The position numbers and the translations under genes were made by a program. DNA of 64,000 bases from Chlorokybus atmophyticus (Eukaryota > Plantae > Mesostigma and Chlorokybus algae): the NCBI GenBank assembly GCA_009103225.1, contig RHPI01001037.1:248001-312000 (forward strand), in the 5' to 3' direction. The notes under the pieces were generated by a model that was not told the origin of the DNA, did no database searches, and saw nothing but the letters and a program-made list of their open reading frames with translations. Positions 51,808 through 61,040 of this stretch are shown here, one piece after another (positions within the stretch are counted from its first letter, which is position 1; each line of letters starts with the position of its first letter).

Positions 51808-54163
51808 TGTCTTGTGGCTCGTGTGGTGTCGTGCGATGGCACTCGCGGGTTCGCCGTCTGCACTTACGGCAGCCATCATTATGGCCTACTGCGGCACATT
51901 TAACGACATGACCAACGTTGATAAAAATAAAACAAAACCATACCTCGTGGCTCATTATTGGCGTTAGTCGTATGACCTGCTGCTGACATATTCAATGCAC
52001 GCCCTTTATCATAACCACGGGTTGCTGGTTGCGCAGTGTGTTGTGTCGTGCGAGCCTGAGATTGCGGGATACCTGCTATGTGATTATCGTTTATAACTAA
52101 TACTTATGCTCTCTTTGTTATAGTGGGTGTATACGTTACAGTGCAACTCATAAGGTTGTGTGCTTACATCTGCTGCTGGGTCTTCTGGGGAGCCCTGCGT
52201 CATTGGTGCATGCATGGCTTCGTAACCTGCACATAGTGTTGCCACGATCATTATGAGAGCACTCAAGACCAACTGACCAGCAGCATGCATAGTTACACCT
52301 TGTGGCTTATTGGGTACGTCAACAGGATGTGCGGGCGCTCGATAAGATGTTGTCTTCGGCAACGACCACGAGATATTGATTGTAGCATAATTTGCGGTGC
52401 GCGAGGCTGCGAAGTACCACCCGTCTCATATCGAAGCTTTTGAGCCTCTTCTTTCGCGCGTCGTGTTTTGGCTTGCCAGCTATTGACTCTGTATCATTTG
52501 CTTCGCTCTCGATCTCGCTTTTAAACTTCGACCATGCGATCATGATATTCGGCCTTGCGCTTGCGATCCGCTTCCGCTAATTCATCTAACACAATATATC
52601 ACACAATTTCTTATAACGCTTTTTTTTGTTTAAAAAAGAGCGTTACACAACATACCTGTTGTTGTATGCTGTGATATCAGGTGTTGCTTATGTTGTTGTT
52701 ATTGCTTTTGTTTTTATTAAGGTTGTTGTTGTGTTTAAGCACAGCAAGTTGATCTCTCATTTTAGTAACGATATCTTTCATATCAGCCAAGCAAGTTTCC
52801 ACAAAAGCATAAATGAAGATCGCGCTCCTCCGCTCTCTTCTTTCTGGCAACATAGACCGCCATCAGCGACGCTTGAGGGGTTGACATCCCCTCGTTTGGC
52901 GGTAAGATAATGTGATGCCCCAAGTGTGCTGCGAATATTGAAATCATGCGCATTGCATTTTTAGGTACCCTCAGAGCGTTAGTCGCACATCGCTGTATAT
53001 AACATCAGCGAACGCCACCGCGCAGAAGACGAAACCGGCCTGCAGTCATCTTCCAACGACGCAGATAGTGATGCGCAGCTGGGGGAGGGGGCCGAGGTGG
53101 GGGGAGAAAGGCCAGTTAATGTAAATTCGTATCTGTAGCAACAGGCCCCTCTGCATTAGATGAGACTTTTTATCACGCTCTTTTTTTGTAGTAACACTGT
53201 TATCGGCATGAGACTTATGTCTCATGCCGCTACCAGCCGCATGGTGGCGCTGCTATCGCAGCGACCACCATAGGCAGCGGATTTTTTGCTTTGACAGCCG
53301 CCACGGCAGCGGCGGCGGCTGTAGCATTGGCTGGTGGTGATGTTGGGGTAGGGAATTAAGGGAGGAGGGGCACTCCCCCCTTACATTGGTATCGGCACAC
53401 GGGCTGCAAGGGGCCTGTGGGAGGGGCGGCGGCAGGCGACATGCATTGTGGGGGCGGCGGCATGCGGCAGCGGCGACGACAGCAACTAGTTGTAGTTATC
53501 AATTAGTGTTTTGATAACTGTTGTGGTTCAACGCTGCTGGTGCCTAGCCTAGCCTAGCCTAGCATGCCATGCCAATCCATGCCATGCCATGCCATGCCAT
53601 ACCTGCATTTCCTGATCTTGTTTATTATTATGGGAAGGGAGGCGACCATCCAGGCCCCTCCCTCCGATATAGATTGCAAGATACAACATAGTGATCATAT
53701 AAAATTATACTGTGTGTTGTGTGCTAGCCACCACATGGACTCGTGGTGGTGTTAGGGTTCTTATCTATTTTCGATAATTTCCTTGGGGGCAGTGCGGTGG
53801 CAACATCGACTGCCTCGTTATCGCCAGTAAGCGCGATGCGGCTGATAGAGCTTCTTCGAAGCAGTTGACGTTAAACTCTTGACTCACAATTCGACAACAT
53901 CAGCCTGTAGAGTCATTCCGACGACATTTCGGTACCCCGAGTGTACATTATAATTGTGAGTCAAGCTGACTTGTACAAAGTTAAATCTTTAAGCAGCCAT
54001 AGCTTGTGAACCATCGCATGCATTTGCATACAGCTTATTCCAAAGTGCTTACCTAGTTAGGAGGTGTTGTTGTTGGGAGAGCTCTTTTTTAGGCTGTATA
54101 CTCAACATAAACCCCTCAAAACTTGACGAGACAAAAGCACGAAGATTTGCCACTTTTTGCAAT

Positions 54164-54170
<7 letters not shown>

Positions 54171-54209
<39 letters not shown>

Positions 54210-54242
54210 TTGCAATGCACAATATATATATATATATATATA
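54171..54242. repeat. Interrupted (TA)n microsatellite
   Basis: Two AT runs, each preceded by tttttgcaatgcac. Confidence 0.95.
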
Positions 54243-54546
54243 GTACACTTGCTAAAGGTAAAAATCCTTGGGCAGATGGCTGATAAAAGAGAGGGAGGTG
54301 AGAAGTACTTTGCCGTCCCGGACTTATCGTCGTAATATAAGCCATTGTGTGATGACAAAGTGAGAAACTCCAATACACGAGAGAGCTACAAGCTCACTAA
54401 GAGTGACAAGAAGGAAGATGAGCACGATAGCGAAGCTTTTCCCAACTATCTACTCGGAGTGGACCAGTTTTAACAAACACGTAAAGTGTCATCGGCAGGG
54501 CTATTGAGAAGTATGCCTTAGAGCATAAGGCTCTACTTGACACCCA

Positions 54547-57500
54547 TGTTCAAGGTACTTGTTTAGGCGCCTTAGTTAAACATCTACGATCATCACCTTG
54601 ACAGTTATGCTCAGCTGCCGTTATGGCAGTTATAGTCCACTTTGATCAACAATGACATTGACCATTGACTTTGACTTGTGTTTACTAGTGTTGACTTCGG
54701 CTAGGGTTGACTAATGTCAACTAGCACTTACTAGTGTACTATATAAGACACTATAAAGTTGTGCAATACAGCTAGATTCACTTTCACACACACCAATGCT
54801 TTTGCATTGTTGCTATCGTGCAGTCTCAATAGGTTATGGGCCCACACTAGAGCTAGCATAGCATACACGAGTTGATATAGCTTGGGGAGGCGCCATCCTC
54901 ATTGCAAACTTGCAAGGGAAGCATAGCGACCAGCTATGACAAGGTCAACATTGAGCCACTAGACCTCAACAACAATGGGACATGGAGCATCCGGATGCAA
55001 ATGCTACTCATGCACAACAACCTATGGTTGGTGGTGGATCCCGAACAGAGCACTCCCTACATGGCGGACGCGGACGTCGAGGAAAAATCCAATTAGGCAC
55101 TTGCGTTGCTAGGATTGAATGTTATACAGCATCACTTAGTTAGCCCTTATTGTAAGACTGCTAAAGAGTTGTGGCAGAGTCTTGCAGATGTGTATACAGC
55201 CAAGAACACTGCAGGAAGTTGCAATCGAGGAAGCAATTGAATGCTTTCTAGGTTTTGCTGAACCTGTCCTCAAGTCCATCTCGCAAGCTAGGCAGTTGTG
55301 GGATGACTTGCTCGCAATTAGTTTAACAGTGAAGGAGGTGGAGGTCGTTTAGGCAATCCTCGCTGGCCTACCAAAGGAGTACAAGATGACTGTTACCATT
55401 ATGGAGTCATCAAATGAGGAGCTCACCCTTGAAGCGGTTACCCCACGCCTATTACAAGTCAAAAAATGGGCATCCACTTCACGCCATACTGAGGCTAAAG
55501 CTGTAGCATTGGTGGCACAATCCAATTGACGCCCCGGCAACAACAGTGGTGGTGGGAAGAAGGAGACGCGTGCTTGCCACTAGTGCAACAAGAAGGGACA
55601 TTTGAAGAAGAATTGTCGAAAGTGGAAGCGCGATTAGCAACAAAAACAAGGTTATGACATGCAGGCTGTAGCACTTGCTGCCAGCACAACTGCTATCGAG
55701 AGCACTTGGTTGTTTGATTCCGCGTGCACACATACGACCCCACGCAGATATGGATCTCAAAAATATCATGCTCGGATCGATGCTGCTGGTGTGAAAGTGA
55801 GCTTTGGCAACAAGCTACACTTGCAAGCTGTGGGAGTAGGCACCATCATCCCACACACTGTGGTGGCGGGTAATACACATAAAGTGGCCTTGCAAAAGGT
55901 AATCTACGTGCCGGGACTAGCCTCCAACCTAGTCCTTGTTAGAAGAGCTACAATTGGGGGCGCCCAGGTTGACTAAACTGCCAAGAGGGGTCGAGTCGAA
56001 ATGAACAACATTGTTGTTGCAAAGGCACATTGCGGGAGAGTATGTACTGCATCACATTGGATCGGCACCATGCGTTGTTCGCAACAATCACTGCGTCGGC
56101 TACAGCTCATCTCTAGCATCGATGGTTAGGACATCTGTGGTGGGACAACCTGGTAAGACTAGTTGCTGAGACCGTTATGAAGGGAATTGGCAACAAGGAG
56201 GAGGACATCAAGGCAGCAAAAGGTGGTTTGCAAGTGTGTAAACGTGCATATTAAGCAAGATGTCTAGGCAGCCTTTTCCTACCTCTACCCGCGCCACTTC
56301 AGCACCCATATTGCTTGTCCACATGAAAGTGTGCGGTCCCATGCCAGTCGCGTCCAATGGAAGAGGGTGGTATGTTGCCACTTGTTTGGATGACTTCATC
56401 AAGTTATCAGCCATGATTCCATTTCCTGCCAAGTCGAAGGTTGCTGCTATTATGAAGAGGAAGGTCACCTTATTTGCAACACAAGCAAGGATAAATGTAT
56501 TGGCATTTAGGCGTGATGGTAGTTTTGAATACCTGAACCAAACCACGGAGAACTACTTGGAGGAGCACGGCATCAAGCATAAAACCATGGCACCTTACAC
56601 ACTTAAGCAAAACGGTGCTGCTGAGCGCCTCAACCGCACACTTGTGGAGCATATGCGTGCCATGCTTACCGATGCAGAGCTTGCCAAAGCCTTTTGGGCT
56701 GAGGCCTTTGTTACGAATAATTACATTCGCAACAGGTCACCTACAAGTAACAAAGCCGAAACCCTGTGGGAGTTGTTCTAAGGTGAGAAGCCTGATGCGA
56801 CGCACATGCGTGTGTTTGGAGCTAAGGCGCTTGTGCACATCCCCAAACACCTGAAAAGAAAGCTTGCGAACGTGCAGAAAACCGGCGTTTTTGTGGGTCA
56901 GAAGCCTAACTCCAAGGCATATAGGATCGTGCTTATAGGTGGCAATAATGTGGTTTGAAGGGATTTTGCTTTCGACGAGAAGTTAGGAAGAAGCCAACAA
57001 CACCTTCAACACTTGGAGAATGACATAGCAGAGCCTGAGGTTAGCATTGCACCAATGGACATGGTTGTTCTCGAGGAGGTCATTCTTGTAGAGGTTGTTC
57101 CTGGCATTGCACCACACCATGAGGTGAAAGAAGTTGCACCCACGGAACAATTGGATAGGCGCTACCCTGCGAGACACAAAGCGCCACCGCACTTACTGCA
57201 GCGTATTTAGTCTCTAAGCGCTGCAACCAGCGAAGAGAAAGAGCCGACCATCTATTATGTGGCCACCACAGCTCCGGATGCCGCGTTGTGGCGCAAGGCC
57301 ATGGATGAGGAGATTGCTTCGCTACACGCCAGTAAGACTTAAATACCTGAGCAGGTTCTATAAGGCGTCAAGCACTTGACAGGTATAGGCCTATACCTGT
57401 CAAGTGGGTGTACAACATCAAGCGCGACGACCAGGGCAACATTGAGCGCAATAAGGCGCGACTTGTAGCAAGTGGCTTCCTTCAAAAGGAGGGAGTTGAC

Positions 57501-60500
57501 TACAAGGAGGTAGTTGCACCTGCTAGCAACCACACAACCTTCAGGGCACTACTCGTCAAGGTTGCTGTGGAGGACTTGGAGCTGCACTACCTCATATATA
57601 TGGCAATACCCGGATGCCTTGCACACGCCAGCGTCGCACCAACTGCTTTATCACCTTCGTAAGCACGAAGCACGCCGTGCTCAAGCCGAATGGCAACGAG
57701 CAGAAGTTGTACGCTTTGCCCGCAAGTGAGAACCCCAGGTAGCCCCATAAGGCGGGGTGAATGTCCACATGATGATATCCGGACTTTAAGTCCGTTGAGA
57801 ACAACCAGTCCTCACGTTGCAGCAAGTCTGGAATGCTGCGCACATCCTTATACTTGAATGGCGTGTTCACCAAGAAGGAGTTAACATAGCGCAAGTCCAT
57901 AATGAGGCGCAACTTGCGGCCATCATCCACCACATTGAGTGGGCTCACCACGAGGGGGGGTGTCACACACTCTTGTGCAGCCCCACTATGCACCAAGTTG
58001 GCAATGGCCGCTGCAGTGAAGTCCGAAAACTCATGTACACCCTTATGGTTGGTGAACGCCCATTCGGGGGGTGGGTCAGCCGCCCATGGTAGCTTGTACC
58101 CGTACTCCACCCAGGACAGGACCATAGTAGACTCGCAGAATTGCTGCCATGCGGGCAAGGCCTCCCGTAAGCGGTGCCTTATATAAGGACCTTCCACAAT
58201 CAAGTTGCTAGGTGCGCGTGCAAACTCATGGTGTTTCATCCAATCCTCCACCAACTCCGACTCAATGGAAGTGTAGTAAAGGGCCACAGTGCACACTGCC
58301 TTCGTTTCCGGCCCCCGCATGTGCAACAAGTGAGTGCAAGCACTCCCACTTTGTAACGGGCATAACTTTTGCAAACGATGTCCAATTAGGACGTTTAAGG
58401 TGTCAAAAGAAAGCGTTTCTCAGCGCTCAAACCCAATAGCGGCCCGGTCCAAATAATAGGAATTTGCATCTAGCCGAGGCCGCAAACGAAAGTTATAAGC
58501 CAAATAATGTGCAACCATAGCAAACCGCGTTTAATTTCACGTTCCTTGGCTCTGCACAAGCGTCGCTGTGCCACAATAATGAACTCAAAGTTTCATGCCA
58601 TTCAGAGGTCATCTGAGACCTTAACAAGAAATTATAGGCACTACATGGGCACAAGTGTACAGCTACAAGGCTGTCACATCATCTACAGAGCTATGCTACC
58701 AAACTAATGGCCGCCACGGCCTGCAGAGGGCTTACGGCAATAGGCACGCAGGTGCCCTGGCTCCCTGCAATTGTAGCAAGTGCGGGAGTCACGTTGACAC
58801 CCAGTGGAAGCGGCCTGAGACTGCATAGGAGCGGTCCTGTAACTGGTATGCCCCGCACCAGATGCTTTAGACCCAGAGTAGCGGGGGGGGTACTGGCCCC
58901 GCCCCTTGTTGGGATGGTAGGCAGGCTTTGCCTTGGGCTTGGGCTGCGCCGCAGCCACGTCCTTCAACGCCTTCTTCAGGCGCTTTGCCTCATCATCATC
59001 CACGGCGAGGGGGTTGCGCACCAGCTCGTCCACGACCTTCCAGTCATGCTTGTTGGCCACTTCCACATAGTGGAATTGCTTACACACCTCATCCAATGCT
59101 GCGCATAGAGCACATATGAGCAACACGCGTTGCATGTTCATACGGGCTCAAAGCCACCGGGTCTAGCGCCAAGCGCACCCCTATTCCATTCCCGTACCTA
59201 TTATGTACATATGCGCATGCAAATGCAGATGTTGTGCCCTATTGTGCTCGTTCCCTTGCTATGGGGTAGTCATAATGTGAATACAGGGGTGAACATACAA
59301 TGGTGTTAAGTGCGGGCCCCTCCCCCCCGTCCGGACATGGGGGGAGGAGGGATGCGGAACACATGTAACTAATGGAATAACTGTGCATCTATATAGATAT
59401 CGGGCTGGCGCCTTCAAAAGGCCCATGATACACGCATGTGCAAGTGTGCGTGGGCTAAGTCCGCACCCACATGATGATTTGCCAATATGCGCGTGCGTAT
59501 GATGATGCACAACAAAGAATGAGCCCACCTTTCATGTTCTCCTTGCGGCCTTTAGCGAAGTGGGGGTCCTCGGCGAGGTGAGCGGGCACACGATCGAAAG
59601 AGGATGCTGCCGAGCCGACATGAGCCGCAACCTCAAGGTGTTGTTGCACCCGCTTCTTCAAGTTTTCCTTCCAAGGTAACGGGCTCGCTGAAGCGGGTGG
59701 CCATGGCTCCCACTCGAGCATTGGGGTTGGTGGAGTCGCCGTTGTCACGATGAAGGATGCTCACAAGTAGGGGGTGGTTGGGCTCGTCAACGGGCTCATC
59801 ACGAGGGATGGCGGGCGCCTTCCCACGCTTGAGGCGCATGTTCTCCGCCTCCAACTCCTCCAACCTCCGTGCCATTGCCTCCGTGGGTATCATGAACGGG
59901 GTAGAAGCGTTGGAGAACGGGCTTGCCTCCCTCTTCCTACGCTTGTAGGTGACGAAGGGCGGGTCCTCGTCGTCCTCATCCTCCTCACCACCACCATCAC
60001 CTTTCTTGTTTACCTCCTCCTCTCCCCTCCCCACGGGGGGGCGCACCTCTCCCTCCTCCCTCGCCGCTCGCCTCTCCTCCTCCTCACTCAAGGTGTGGCG
60101 ACGCGGACTCTTAGCCCGCGACAAGCGATTGGCGGCTAGCAACGCCGCCGCGGCCGTAGCCGCCACCTCTTCTCCATCATCTTGGGCACGCGCTTGTGAT
60201 CGTGTAACCATGGTGGAGGTCCTCCTCCGTCCACACCTCCTCACCACACTCGCCACCTACGCCAAGGATGGCGCCGCCGTGCTAGGGTTTCAAGCGACTA
60301 GATAAGGAGCTTGTGACTCACAACTCACGTCTAGTGAGTGCTTGTGCCCTCAAGTGCCCAAGGCACTAGGGGCACAAGAGTCTCATAACTCATTAACGAG
60401 TTCTTGAGTTCATGGGCGCGCATTTCATGCGCTTCATGAACTCATATGACTTGGAGCTGCACTACCTCGACGTAAAGACTGCCTTTGATTATGGAAATTT

Positions 60501-61040
60501 GGACAAGCAGATCTTCGTGCAATAGCCTTAAGGGTACGAGGAGGGAGCCTCGGGTAAGGCATGCTTGCTGCACAAAGCTTTATATGAGCTTAGGCAAGTG
60601 CCGTGAGTTGGGCATATTCGGCTCAACAAGGAGCTGAAGAAGATGGGCGTATTGTAGTCTACATCAGTCTTAGGGCTCTTCATTCGTAAAGACGGACAGG
60701 TTTGGCTATTTGTGTATGTGAACAATATCGTCTTGGCATCTGCAAGTGTTTTAACACTACAGCAGATCAACGTGACATTGCATTCGAGATTCGCGATCGT
60801 GGAGATGCACACTTGTTCCCCCACCATGAGCTGTGTGTTGCATATAACTTGTGTGTGAGTTAGCATCCACGCCTGAGTGGTGATTGTCAAGCAGTGCTAG
60901 GCAGCATTAAGACGCCCAAATGGGGAGCACATTGCTATTGCTGAGTTGCTTATACCATTTGATGCACCCATCGAATGGACGAGATAAACAGATGATGGTG
61001 CTTTAATAACAGTAGGAGCCCTGTACCAATTTTTGGTGGA
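54547..61040 (+). mobile_element. Decayed Ty1/copia element (5' LTR, gag, PR, IN, RT), 3'-truncated, split by DIRS copy A
   Basis: LTR 54547-54831; PBS GGTTATGGGCCCA at 54832; gag WSIRMQMLL; PR WLFDSACT; IN FRRDGSFEY...QNGAAERLNRTL...FWAEAF; RT YNIKRD...[17 protein letters not shown]...LELHYL|DVKTAF. Confidence 0.9.
57594..60450 (-). mobile_element. Best-preserved DIRS-like copy A (5' end, gag with intron and CCHC, RT truncated at the YxDD motif)
   Basis: 5' end GTCATATGAGTTCATG; gag ORFs 59633-60256 and 58704-59141 (CYNCREPGHLRAYC); RT 57592-58374 KLRLIMDLRYVN...DLKSGYHHVDI...LPFGL...VLPYI. Confidence 0.9.

Larger units (their letters stand above)
46200..53100 (-). mobile_element. Crypton-like tyrosine-recombinase gene (NDC10_II-type YR, zinc ribbons, GCR1_C) followed by a Ulp1/C48 protease; intron-rich, pseudogenised
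   Basis: YR: LLMRQAMLRAGDARPMRLSDL (R), GHLDYALW...AISALGDWLRYRY...EAPQNLSKKDEWY, KALHAMRQFAA (HxxR at 50370-50381), DIAKAGRF...MSY, KNIFP*LEEQL. GCR1_C: YCFTKTPNSVQ|ALWNEF...GKLPVIKLMARWG. C48: HWSMMIVCNPG, LPQSNNDDC. Confidence 0.75.

Noticed and set aside
53370-53400. LTR end plus PBS-like ttaca-ttggtatcgg
   Set aside because: No partner LTR, PPT or box B found nearby; a similar lone TGGTATCGG near 21130 was also dismissed.
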